From the IMG/VR virus record IMGVR_UViG_3300010338_001863: 62,853 bases of DNA; one strand, 5' to 3'. The notes beneath the pieces are model-generated. The model worked only from the letters and a program-made list of their open reading frames with translations, was not told where the DNA came from and did not search any database. Each line of letters opens with the position of its first letter. Positions within the stretch are counted from its first letter, which is position 1. Below, in pieces: positions 1 through 8,784 of the stretch. A program made the translations under genes and the position numbers. The DNA is from an uncultured virus (IMG/VR IMGVR_UViG_3300010338_001863). Lineage: Duplodnaviria; Heunggongvirae; Uroviricota; Caudoviricetes.

Positions 1-610
1 CATAATCGTTCAATTTACAATTCTTCCCAGCAGGGATAAGCAGCATATCTCCTATCACATCAACAGCCAAATTGGCCGCAGACGGAGGGATTTTGTTTTC
101 AGTATACCTATTGTTGTCGAGCTTAGAATAAACATAATATTTTTCATAATATTTTTCATAAGAAAATTTTCTATATATTATGCGTTTTATAGTTAAATAA
201 CTATTCATATTGTATTCTCTTACCCCTCTTACCCCTCTTGCTTTGACTTTGAAGGGGATTAAATTAGGATAATTTTTCAGGGATATTTTTTCTAAAGTTG
301 GGGATAGATATTCGCCCATATAATAATCTACCTCTCTATCCTCTATACATTTGTTTAATAGCATCAGGAGATTGTCGGAGATAGGCTCTTTCTCCATCCT
401 GCGAAACAAGTTCTCTAAAACTTGCGATGTGCTTACCCCAGAGATAAGTTCAGCGTTTTCCAACAATTCCTGATTAGTCATTGCTTGGAGGTCTTTAGCG
501 TATAGAATACGATGTCCTACCAAGCTTCTGCATGTCTTGCAGAAACACCTGCCTACTAATTCGTGAGCGTCGTATTGGTCATGCAATATCTTTAATTGTT
601 CTTTGGTCAT
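1..610 (-). CDS. HxxYxxH-CxxC family protein A (3'-truncated by window edge; absent from ORF track)
   Basis: ATG at 610 overlaps the TGA of the upstream gene (ATGA), preceded by GGAGG. Manual translation MTKEQLKILHDQYDAHELVGRCFCKTCRSL... stays open to base 1. Confidence 0.8.
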   Translation of the reverse strand, partial: MTKEQLKILHDQYDAHELVGRCFCKTCRSLVGHRILYAKDLQAMTNQELLENAELISGVSTSQVLENLFRRMEKEPISDNLLMLLNKCIEDREVDYYMGEYLSPTLEKISLKNYPNLIPFKVKARGVRGVREYNMNSYLTIKRIIYRKFSYEKYYEKYYVYSKLDNNRYTENKIPPSAANLAVDVIGDMLLIPAGKNCKLNDY

Positions 611-1290
611 GCTTCCTCCCATTGGACTTTAGTGCGTTCCATAAGTATCTTACTAAATCCACCATATGAGATTATTTCTTTTACTTTGTCTATATTGTTG
701 TTGGTATAATTCAAATATAGAGGGCTATTTTTTGCATCCCTAATTTTATCTTGCATGTAGTCCAAAATTTCCTTTACATCGTTAATGTTTCCTTTTATGT
801 TAGAGATTATCCTACACATTTGACTTATATATCTCAATCTCTCCCTTTCTTTATCTATAAAATAGCATATGATTTGTTTTGGTATTTGTATCCCATAGTA
901 ATCTATTTGGGAAAGAATCGCACAATCAAAATTGTCTTTGTAAATTCTTTCTAATTCCTCTTTTGTGGTAATTATCCCTTTGGCTAACTTTAATGCTATA
1001 TTATATGTCTTCTCCTTAATCAATTTATCTATTTCTTCTGAGGTCACATTCTTTTTCAGAAGGAGAGCTTCAAATAAAACATATTGTTCGTTAGCCTTGT
1101 TCTTTATTATCTTTTCTAAGATAAGATTAAAGTCCCCAATCTGTTCAAGAGTTTTCTTGGGAAGGTATTTGGGAGGGATTAGGTTTTTAGCAAATCCACA
1201 ATCCTTACACACCAAATCCCTCGTCCTTGCCTTTATGAAGTCGTGGGAATTATATATTTCATGTAAATTATGTATTTTATTTATATCCAT
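607..1290 (-). CDS. HxxYxxH-CxxC family protein B
   Basis: 227 aa, GGAGG RBS, N-terminus LHEIYNSHDF...VCKDCG. Confidence 0.8.
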   Translation of the reverse strand: MDINKIHNLHEIYNSHDFIKARTRDLVCKDCGFAKNLIPPKYLPKKTLEQIGDFNLILEKIIKNKANEQYVLFEALLLKKNVTSEEIDKLIKEKTYNIALKLAKGIITTKEELERIYKDNFDCAILSQIDYYGIQIPKQIICYFIDKERERLRYISQMCRIISNIKGNINDVKEILDYMQDKIRDAKNSPLYLNYTNNNIDKVKEIISYGGFSKILMERTKVQWEEA

Positions 1291-1291
1291 A

Positions 1292-1537
1292 TTATCCTCC
1301 TTTATCTTCCATTATTTTTTTGTGGAAGATGCTCATTTCTGCGGCTTCTATCTCGCCTTTAGTGTATCCTTTCTTCAGCGTTTTAGATATCATAGTCATA
1401 AACATCCCTGCTTCCTCAGCGGTTATCTTCCCCGATATTGCTAATACTCTGAATATCCCAGCCAGAATTAGTATGTCTTCTTTAGCATTTTTTATTTTTT
1501 TAGTTTTATTATCTATTATTTCTTTTATTTCTTTCAT
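1292..1537 (-). CDS. hypothetical protein
   Basis: 81 aa, AGGAGG RBS, tightly packed in the operon. Confidence 0.7.
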   Translation of the reverse strand: MKEIKEIIDNKTKKIKNAKEDILILAGIFRVLAISGKITAEEAGMFMTMISKTLKKGYTKGEIEAAEMSIFHKKIMEDKGG

Positions 1538-2177
1538 TTCTTCCTCCTTTCCCGAACACGTCGGACAACCCTAAGAATTTCTTCTCTCCCATATCGCTAA
1601 TAGTCAGGAATTCACCAAACTCCTGCTTCATGTAGCTATATAACTTATTACCTCTTACTCTTCTTATTATATGTAGCAAAGAATAAGAAAAGCTTTTCCT
1701 CATACGATTTATCTCTTCGGGGTTAGCTTCTAAGAGGTCGATTATCATTTGCTGGTCTATCTTGTCGATTATGTTTTCTTTGATTATAAAGCTCCACAAG
1801 TCATGCAATTGGGCATATCTCAATATTGGAGTAGTATATATCTTCCTCGTCAAAAATATGCTTACCAGCAATACCCTGTATAGATATATATAATTAGTCC
1901 TGTCGCATTCTTTTATTAGCTCTTCTTGATTGAATGGGATTTTGGAATACAACAGGCTATATAATCTAACAATTAAATTGTTGTCCTTGTTGTTATATAT
2001 CTTAGAGTAGTATTGGTTAGCATCAAAAACTTGAAGCTTTTTCTTTATGTATTTGGGAAGGAGTTCGTATTTAACGAACCGACTCATCTTCCCGCATTCA
2101 CATACTTTACAATGTTTGCATTGAATCATATCGTGAGCATCATATTGGGAATGTAGATTAGCTAAATTATTTTTCAT
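1509..2177 (-). CDS. HxxYxxH-CxxC family protein C
   Basis: 222 aa, AAGGAGG RBS, N-terminus LHSQYDAHDM...CKHCKVCECG. Confidence 0.8.
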   Translation of the reverse strand: MKNNLANLHSQYDAHDMIQCKHCKVCECGKMSRFVKYELLPKYIKKKLQVFDANQYYSKIYNNKDNNLIVRLYSLLYSKIPFNQEELIKECDRTNYIYLYRVLLVSIFLTRKIYTTPILRYAQLHDLWSFIIKENIIDKIDQQMIIDLLEANPEEINRMRKSFSYSLLHIIRRVRGNKLYSYMKQEFGEFLTISDMGEKKFLGLSDVFGKGGRNERNKRNNR

Positions 2178-2188
2178 ATTTCCTCCTT

Positions 2189-2219
2189 AAAGGGAGGGCG
2201 AATCTATCACCCTCCCTTT
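2189..2219 (-). terminator. intergenic stem-loop (terminator or mRNA processing/stabilising hairpin)
   Basis: AAAGGGAGGGCGA / TCACCCTCCCTTT inverted repeat between the VWA gene stop and the next RBS, with only a short T tail. Confidence 0.5.
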
Positions 2220-2227
2220 TGTAATTT

Positions 2228-3367
2228 TTATTTCCTTACAATGTCTCCCATGTTTATTACTTCTCCGAAGGGCGCTGCGCCCCCGTCGGGACTAACCCAG
2301 ATAGTCTTTATCCCTGGGTCTGATTCGGGAAAGTCGCCTAGCAGGTCTGTGAAGTAGACTATCATCTTAGCGTTCTTTTCTTTGGCTAGTTTGAATGCTG
2401 GGCGGAAGTCAGTCCCACCAGCCGCTTTTCTCGTAAACTTCTTCCCAAGCAACCCTCTCGCTGAGAGTATCTTTATCGGCTTCCCAACTATCTCGGTATC
2501 TATTTGGTAGATTTCCTTTGGAGCTGGGATAGACAAAGCTACTCCGACAAACTGGCTAAGCAAGTCATCCTCTATACTGCCCGACACATCCAGGAAGATG
2601 AAGACCTTCCCTTCCGCTTCTCTCTTCTTGCCAGGGATTATCCCTGTCAAGTCAGGGAATCGTCTATTGGGCTTTGTATAGGAAGCTGTGAACCTGTCGG
2701 ACAAAGAGGCTGATATTAAGCTTCTCAGCTTATATTTCCAATTGACTATCTTATGCTGAGCTTCAAGCTGTGAATTAAGCTGGTGGGATAGCTTGCCTTT
2801 ATATTTCTGTGCTATCTCTCTTAACTTGTTCTCCATATCCTTTACGACAGCTTCAGACTCTTCGGAGTTCTCCCATTGGCTGTGGTCGTCCATAGATTTC
2901 TGTCCTTTAATTTTGTCTTTCTTTGCATCCTTAAGCAAGTCTCGGACGTATTCTTCGAACGATTTCCCAAGCTCATATTTTTCGAAAGGTTTCTTTGTGG
3001 GATAAACCGCATCCTTTATTGGGGGATCTCCCAAGATAGAGTTCACAGCCATGTCAGCACCTATATTCTGGATTTCATGGGGGACACCCAAGTTCCTAAG
3101 ATCCTTGTCTCTTAGAAGATGTCCAAGGACTACATGGAGGACTTCATGGGCTAAGACATATCTGAGTTGATAGAAATCAAGCTCTTCTAAAAACTTTCTG
3201 TTTATTAGTAGCTTGATTCTCCTGTCTTTAACCATGACCCCCATGGTTTCTATGATTTCGCTTTCCTCTATATCGAAGAGCATCAAACAATCACCGTAGT
3301 ATTGCATGTCGAATTCTCTATCCATCAGCATACCCTTGATGATTGTCGGTATATTTCCCATTTCCAT
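2228..3367 (-). CDS. metallopeptidase-like (HEXXH) plus VWA domain protein (DUF2201-type)
   Basis: LAHEVLH...NIGADMAVNS N-terminal motif; C-terminal MIDAS motifs FLDVSGS, GGTDFRPAF and YFTDLLG; adjacent to an AAA+ ATPase. Confidence 0.85.
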   Translation of the reverse strand: MEMGNIPTIIKGMLMDREFDMQYYGDCLMLFDIEESEIIETMGVMVKDRRIKLLINRKFLEELDFYQLRYVLAHEVLHVVLGHLLRDKDLRNLGVPHEIQNIGADMAVNSILGDPPIKDAVYPTKKPFEKYELGKSFEEYVRDLLKDAKKDKIKGQKSMDDHSQWENSEESEAVVKDMENKLREIAQKYKGKLSHQLNSQLEAQHKIVNWKYKLRSLISASLSDRFTASYTKPNRRFPDLTGIIPGKKREAEGKVFIFLDVSGSIEDDLLSQFVGVALSIPAPKEIYQIDTEIVGKPIKILSARGLLGKKFTRKAAGGTDFRPAFKLAKEKNAKMIVYFTDLLGDFPESDPGIKTIWVSPDGGAAPFGEVINMGDIVRK

Positions 3368-3379
3368 ACTACCTCCTAT

Positions 3380-3405
3380 GGGAGGGCTGGATAACCAGCC
3401 CTCCC
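3380..3405 (-). promoter_or_regulatory. perfect 11-bp intergenic stem-loop
   Basis: GGGAGGGCTGG-ataa-CCAGCCCTCCC directly upstream of the VWA gene RBS; same GGGAGGG stem base as the 2189 hairpin. Confidence 0.6.
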
Positions 3406-3415
3406 GACTAAAGGC

Positions 3416-4516
3416 TTATTTTCCCATGAGCTGCTGAATTTCCATATTTAACTGAATCATGGCTTCGCTATGTTTAGCGGAGAACTCGGGAGCGACTTTG
3501 ATGATTGCGTTGAATGTCTTACGTTTGTCCTGCCCGACCATCTTCTTAAACATGGATATCGCAACCTCTTCCAAGACCGTATCTTCAAGGAATTTCTTGA
3601 TTGATTTAGCCACATCGTCCTTGAAGGTCTCGCCAGATATTTCAAAGGCGAAGTCGTACGCCGTTGCTATTGCCTTATGTTTAAACTCTTTTTGATGCTT
3701 GGCGTATCGTTCCTGAAGTTTCTTATCCTTCAGGTACTTGCCGCTGAGGATATCCTTAGCCGAGACAGGCGGCTCTGGGTCTGCCAAGAAGCTCTCGAAC
3801 GCTACCGCAGCCTCTGCTCCAACAGAGCCTGACAAGATGTTCGAGACGCTGGAGCTAATTCCAGCTTCCTCGTGCATCTTGAGAGCCAACCAGCCTCTCT
3901 CCCAGTTTCTGGGATTAGGAACCTGATTGAACTCCGTAACGTTCTTGATGTTATTAACTTGGCAGAAGAATTTGGGATAGGTCAGCAAAAACTGAACTAT
4001 CTTCTCGTCTATCCCTCTTTTCTTCGCATAATCAACCCATTCACCCACCTCAGCTTTGACTCTGATTATGTGGGCTCTGGATATGAAAGCTTCACCCAGA
4101 ATCTCTATGACATCCGCTTCGCTAATCGGATTAGCGCAAGCGACTATCGTATGGAGCTCAGGGTTGGATTTATACCCAACCGAACCTCTACCTTCAATTA
4201 TCTTGAAGACAGCTTGGATAGAGGATATGTGTCCTCTATTAGGTTCGTCGAAGTTGATTATCGCCTTCTCGTTGTAGGGAGGCAGAACCTTACATATGTA
4301 TTCGCCTGACGATGTCGGGATACCTGTGAGGTCTGCGGGTTCAACAAGAGCGGTTCTGATGTTGTAGGGTTTTGCTCCAACCTCAGCCGCTACCTGTTCA
4401 ACCATTTGCGTCTTCCCTATTCCGGGGACGCCGACCATCATCAGAGTGATTTTTTCTTTCGACTCTGCGATGGCTTTGAGAAGCCTTTTGGCTTCCATCA
4501 AGCTATACTCTTTCAT
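3416..4516 (-). CDS. MoxR-like AAA+ ATPase
   Basis: Walker A GVPGIGKT, DLTGIP, Walker B NFDEPNR, ACANP sensor, PNPRNWE; paired with the VWA gene. Confidence 0.85.
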   Translation of the reverse strand: MKEYSLMEAKRLLKAIAESKEKITLMMVGVPGIGKTQMVEQVAAEVGAKPYNIRTALVEPADLTGIPTSSGEYICKVLPPYNEKAIINFDEPNRGHISSIQAVFKIIEGRGSVGYKSNPELHTIVACANPISEADVIEILGEAFISRAHIIRVKAEVGEWVDYAKKRGIDEKIVQFLLTYPKFFCQVNNIKNVTEFNQVPNPRNWERGWLALKMHEEAGISSSVSNILSGSVGAEAAVAFESFLADPEPPVSAKDILSGKYLKDKKLQERYAKHQKEFKHKAIATAYDFAFEISGETFKDDVAKSIKKFLEDTVLEEVAISMFKKMVGQDKRKTFNAIIKVAPEFSAKHSEAMIQLNMEIQQLMGK

Positions 4517-4529
4517 TCGTACCTCCTAT

Positions 4530-4841
4530 TTATTTTACTATTATTATAATCTCTCTGCCTTTTTCTACAAGCTCGGGAATTACACAAGATTGCAATCTAT
4601 GCCCTTCCCTTATGACAGCGATTTTGTTCTTCGGGATGTCATTAATATCGACAGTTGGACCCCATAAGTCTACAACGTCTTTTTTTAATTTCATGACATC
4701 CTGCTCACAAAGATATCTTTTCCCTTTGATATTTTTTGTGGCAACCTTCTTTGTAAGAACACTTACAAGAAGTTTGTATTTTGAAACCCCGTATTTATTC
4801 ATGGCTTGGGTTTCGGTAAGCCATGTCTTTCTCTGTTTCAT
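4530..4841 (-). CDS. putative HTH (excisionase/MerR-like) DNA-binding protein
   Basis: WLTETQAMNKYGVSKYKL...KGKRYLCEQDV pattern; GGAGG RBS. Confidence 0.5.
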   Translation of the reverse strand: MKQRKTWLTETQAMNKYGVSKYKLLVSVLTKKVATKNIKGKRYLCEQDVMKLKKDVVDLWGPTVDINDIPKNKIAVIREGHRLQSCVIPELVEKGREIIIIVK

Positions 4842-4849
4842 TTTGTCCT

Positions 4850-5062
4850 CCTATATAGTTAATTTTAAATCCTCTAAATAATCTAACAGCTCTACATCTC
4901 CTTGAAGGATAGCGACATCCTTCTTGAAGATTATAACTATTGTATCATTTTTTTCAGGAGATAAAACTTCCTCATCCTTTTTACGATGGAGTAGCCTTTC
5001 TCCAATATCTTCCCCATAATTTTCTTTGGGGGATATTTCAATGTTACTTGGTCTATTATCAT
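4850..5062 (-). pseudogene. small gene split by a -1 frameshift at an A7 run
   Basis: ATG at 5062 gives MIIDQ...FYLLKK and stops 3 codons later; the -1 frame continues NDTIVIIFKKDVAILQGDVELLDYLEDLKLTI* up to the next RBS. Confidence 0.45.
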
Positions 5063-5445
5063 AACTCCCCCTTTATATATCTATCCAACAAGGATTTTTT
5101 TAATTCTTTCCTCTGCTGAGCATACTCTTCATATATCTCAGGCATAGCCTTAAGGAATTGGGGAGACATAAGAAGAGTGGGATTCTTCTTGAAGAGATTG
5201 TCTAAAGCTTGTTTTGGATTATCAAGCTTAGAAATCAAGAAGAATATCCCAGCCAAGTCGCCAGACTCTATCTTAGAATCGACGACATCTTGGAGAGTAT
5301 GAAGTTTCAATTTATTTATTTCTTCTATAAGCATTTCATAGTCTCCCCAAGTGTTTATATGATAACACGAGCATATAAAACTATGTGGGTCGTGCCCATA
5401 GTTCTCGTGTATCTTAAACAAGTTTACAAGATTTATGTCTATCAT
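5059..5445 (-). CDS. HxxYxxH-CxC family protein E (divergent)
   Basis: 128 aa, N-terminus IHENYGHDPHSFICSC; ATGA overlap with neighbour. Confidence 0.7.
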   Translation of the reverse strand: MIDINLVNLFKIHENYGHDPHSFICSCYHINTWGDYEMLIEEINKLKLHTLQDVVDSKIESGDLAGIFFLISKLDNPKQALDNLFKKNPTLLMSPQFLKAMPEIYEEYAQQRKELKKSLLDRYIKGEL

Positions 5446-5822
5446 ACCTCTACCTCCTCTATCCTGTCAAGGATAAGTGTTGTAGGAGTCCAATCCATAT
5501 TATTGGGTTGGACTAAGAAGTTATTCATAAGCAAGTGGGTTTTGCTAACCCATATAAGATTGCCTATGAAAACTTTACCTTTCTGAGGCTTTTCTTTTGA
5601 GTTATCTTGGTAATATTTCCCTTCCTCAGATAGGTTTCTCTTGCCTGATTTAGGAGAGTATACTATCCTAATAACGCTTCCATCCATTACAGGATAGAAA
5701 CGGAAACGGGAATCGTCCATCTCAGAATCAAGTTTTATACTTTTCCCGTCCATAACAACCTGCCTTTGTGTATATAAGCAGGAGAAGAATTTTTTAAGTT
5801 CTTCTTTGTTTGTTATTTTCAT
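5442..5822 (-). CDS. hypothetical protein
   Basis: 126 aa, GGAGG RBS, ATGA overlaps at both ends. Confidence 0.75.
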   Translation of the reverse strand: MKITNKEELKKFFSCLYTQRQVVMDGKSIKLDSEMDDSRFRFYPVMDGSVIRIVYSPKSGKRNLSEEGKYYQDNSKEKPQKGKVFIGNLIWVSKTHLLMNNFLVQPNNMDWTPTTLILDRIEEVEV

Positions 5823-6265
5823 TTTACCTCCTTTGCTACATCTACCCCTTCCAATATCCTTAGGTAGATGTTTATTAAATCTTGCTCATTAGGTATGTAA
5901 TCTTCATTGGTAGTTATACCAACTCTCATTGTAACATCCCCTTCGGAATTGTAGGGGAGTTCTTTCGGGAACACATACCTATGTAAGGTTATAAGAGAAT
6001 CATCCGTCAATACCTTAAGGACTGATTTGCTCTTATAGACCTTAATCCCATCTTTTTCGAAAGCCAGTTCTAACGGCGTAGATTCCTGTTCCATCGTAGG
6101 AATCTCGTAGTTAGTCATCTGGTTTACGACGTGGGACAATCTTGTTATCGGGACCCCGTTCTTATTTATCAGCGTGAAGTGAGCCCCGCAATGACAGACC
6201 TTGTTCACGAATTCGTGGCTCTTGTATGTACTGTGAAGCAAGGCTGTGGATGGGTCTATCTTCAT
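5819..6265 (-). CDS. HxxYxxH-CxC family protein D
   Basis: 148 aa, N-terminus LHSTYKSHEFVNKVCHCG; AGGAGGT RBS. Confidence 0.8.
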   Translation of the reverse strand: MKIDPSTALLHSTYKSHEFVNKVCHCGAHFTLINKNGVPITRLSHVVNQMTNYEIPTMEQESTPLELAFEKDGIKVYKSKSVLKVLTDDSLITLHRYVFPKELPYNSEGDVTMRVGITTNEDYIPNEQDLINIYLRILEGVDVAKEVK

Positions 6266-6286
6266 AACACCTCCTATTTTGTAAAT

Positions 6287-6775
6287 TTATGTTCCCCAAG
6301 TATCATATTTAAATTTACAATATTTCTCATATGCTTGGTAGTCTTCTATTATGGGGTTGTATTCCCCAACAATTTCTACTTTATATACAACCTTATATTT
6401 ATCCTTATAATAATAATAGACATTGGCTAAAGTATTGGCTTTTATTTCGTCGGGGAAATATTTTATATCTACATACCCAAATCTTTCATGGTCTCTATCG
6501 TCGTTAGAAAAACCTAAAGATGCTTTATCAGTTACCCACTTGCCCCCACCTAAAGCTAAACTAGTTCCAAATTCATTACTAAAAAAAACATATTTAAAAT
6601 GTTTTTTAACATCAAAATTTTCTAATTTTTCTAAAAAGTTATCCTTATTGAGATCTTTCTCAGTCTCAATAAGTTTCTCTAAAACCTCTTCTCCGATATC
6701 TAATATCAGATAATCCCCGTTATGGAATATTATTTTTTTAGCGTATTCTAATTTTTCCACATGTATTTTGTTCAT
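6287..6775 (-). CDS. hypothetical protein
   Basis: 162 aa, AGGAGG RBS, more AT-rich than its neighbours. Confidence 0.75.
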   Translation of the reverse strand: MNKIHVEKLEYAKKIIFHNGDYLILDIGEEVLEKLIETEKDLNKDNFLEKLENFDVKKHFKYVFFSNEFGTSLALGGGKWVTDKASLGFSNDDRDHERFGYVDIKYFPDEIKANTLANVYYYYKDKYKVVYKVEIVGEYNPIIEDYQAYEKYCKFKYDTWGT

Positions 6776-6831
6776 AATAACCTCCTATATTAATATTACT
6801 TTATCTTTAATTTTATCTGTATACTCTTCCT

Positions 6832-7080
6832 TTATCCCATCAAAAAACTTCTTCGAGAATTTACCTCCTTTATTTCTCTTGGGAGGATATAGAAATGGTC
6901 TTTCCCGCCCGTCCAGACTTCTATCTTATCACCTTCTTTGGTGACAGATAGCATTTCGAATTCGGATTTAATTGCCTTAATGGCCTCATCCGAATTGAAA
7001 TAAAGACCGACAATCTTGTCAGCCTTTTTCCAGTTCTCTTCGTCAGGGGTAATTAACCCCTTTACTTCCACTATTTTCAT
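6832..7080 (-). CDS. hypothetical protein
   Basis: 82 aa, AAGGAGG RBS. Confidence 0.7.
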   Translation of the reverse strand: MKIVEVKGLITPDEENWKKADKIVGLYFNSDEAIKAIKSEFEMLSVTKEGDKIEVWTGGKDHFYILPREIKEVNSRRSFLMG

Positions 7081-7089
7081 TTCGCCTCC

Positions 7090-8211
7090 TTATAAATTCC
7101 CTTCTTTTATTTTTTCTTGGAACCCATATACTGCATTCCATACATCAACAAATGTCCAATAGTTCATCTTATCCCCGAATATGTAATGCAATAATGTTCC
7201 TTGCCAATAATATCCTTTCCCGACATCAAGCTTAAACATTTTTAGCTTGATAAGTTTTGACTTCTCTTGTTTTATTTTTTCGTCCAATTCCTCATTTTTT
7301 TGCTTAAGTTCTTTATATAACTTAAGCAATTCCGAATATGAAAGGTTCTCATATTCGGTTCCTTTGAAGTATACCTTAATAGCCTCTTCAATACTAATTT
7401 CTTTATTGATATACTCCTTATGATTAGATTTATGTTGGTCGTAAGGGTCATCGAAGCATTCATCGTCATCATCAACACAATATGGGAGTATTGATTCCAT
7501 ACTCCAATACGACTCTTCGGAGGAAGAAACTTCTAAAATAGCTTTGTCCCCCTTATGTTTAATTTTAAGGAATACGGAGTTAGCTAAAGATTTTAAAGAA
7601 TCTTCTGCAACTCCTTTTATTTCATTTAACTTAGTGTAGGTGGACAAAGATTCCTCCCACAGATTTTTCAATTCTTGGAGGTTAACATTTTTAACCTCCT
7701 CTATCATCCCATCAAGCCCAAGACATTCTTCTACGGTTTTGATGGGAGTTTCGGTCGGGAGGGATTCTAAATTTCCCCAACCGATTTTGCTTTCCTCAAA
7801 ATATCCACAGGAGACACATTTATATACCAATTTGTCTCCTTGGATATTTTTCCCAAAGTTATGTGGAGATTTTACCTCCTGCATTTCTCCACATTGTTTA
7901 CACACCTCTATTTTGAGGTGCGTTTCAGAGTCTATTATCTTAGACTCTTTTTGAAGGAATACGTGGGGATTTTCTTTCCCACATACTTTGCAGCTCTCCC
8001 CACACTTCAGGTCCGAACAATCATGGACCAGAAGCCCGATAATGGGGACTTTCTTCCCCTTCTTATCGGTTATTTCCTTGACTACAAATCCTTCGTAGTC
8101 AAGGTTTGCATCATAGGCATATTCTTTGCCTATGATGATGAAAGGGCTGGGAATATACCAGCCCTTGTCTCCCTTCTTGGGGGAATATTTTTCCCCATTA
8201 AAAAAAACCAT
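7090..8211 (-). CDS. multi-zinc-ribbon protein with coiled-coil C-terminus
   Basis: 373 aa with repeated CxxCG...H units (CKVCG, CKQCG, CVSCG); GGAGG RBS. Confidence 0.7.
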   Translation of the reverse strand: MVFFNGEKYSPKKGDKGWYIPSPFIIIGKEYAYDANLDYEGFVVKEITDKKGKKVPIIGLLVHDCSDLKCGESCKVCGKENPHVFLQKESKIIDSETHLKIEVCKQCGEMQEVKSPHNFGKNIQGDKLVYKCVSCGYFEESKIGWGNLESLPTETPIKTVEECLGLDGMIEEVKNVNLQELKNLWEESLSTYTKLNEIKGVAEDSLKSLANSVFLKIKHKGDKAILEVSSSEESYWSMESILPYCVDDDDECFDDPYDQHKSNHKEYINKEISIEEAIKVYFKGTEYENLSYSELLKLYKELKQKNEELDEKIKQEKSKLIKLKMFKLDVGKGYYWQGTLLHYIFGDKMNYWTFVDVWNAVYGFQEKIKEGNL

Positions 8212-8237
8212 TCTTCCCTCCTTCGAGGAGGATGTAC

Positions 8238-8528
8238 CTAATGGTACATCTCCTCGTATTCCACTGAAGACCCCTCATCTTCTTGAAAGGTCTCAAGCTC
8301 AGAATCAATCTTATTGATCTGAGCGAGAAGTTCCTGCTTCTTTTTTAGAAGCTTAAGGAACTCCTTTACTTTCCCCGCCAATTCAGCGGGGAAGTTTTTC
8401 TTGGATATGAATCCGTTTTTGGATTCGTATCCAAGGACCTTGTCCTTATTATCAAGGACAAGGTTTCCTCCCATGAACGGGAGTTTATATTTCCCGTCCA
8501 TGGAGAGGAGAGAAGCAAATGTTAACAT
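8238..8528 (-). CDS. hypothetical protein
   Basis: Start moved to ATG 8528, which follows AGGAGG; C-terminal coiled coil. Confidence 0.7.
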   Translation of the reverse strand: MLTFASLLSMDGKYKLPFMGGNLVLDNKDKVLGYESKNGFISKKNFPAELAGKVKEFLKLLKKKQELLAQINKIDSELETFQEDEGSSVEYEEMYH

Positions 8529-8569
8529 TGCTCCTCCTATCCCCAACCTTCGAGAGAGTACAGCTTAAT

Positions 8570-8649
8570 CTCTCCCGTAAGGATTTACGGTGGTGTTTGC
8601 CTTACGAGAGGCTACATCTCCCCACCCTAAGATGGGGAGGTATAGCCCC
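8570..8649 (-). repeat. intergenic hairpin repeat, copy 1
   Basis: CTCTCCCGTAA..TTTACGG..CCTTAC plus a GGCTA...TAGCCCC stem-loop; related copies at 9663-9704 and 9962-10030. Confidence 0.6.
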
Positions 8650-8784
8650 TTTCGGGGCGGATACATTCACAGCTTGAAGCTCAGCATAAGATAGTCAAGT
8701 GCAATATATCCCTGTCGGCTTTTGGACCGCAGATGGGGACCAGATAGCTGGAGGCCCCCATCTGAATAAAATCATTTTCCCTCC

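Noticed and set aside
8694..8775. 26-codon ORF after GGAGG (MILFRWGPP...)
   Set aside because: Very short, lies within hairpin-rich DNA and has no recognisable features; it cannot be supported, though it is not excluded.
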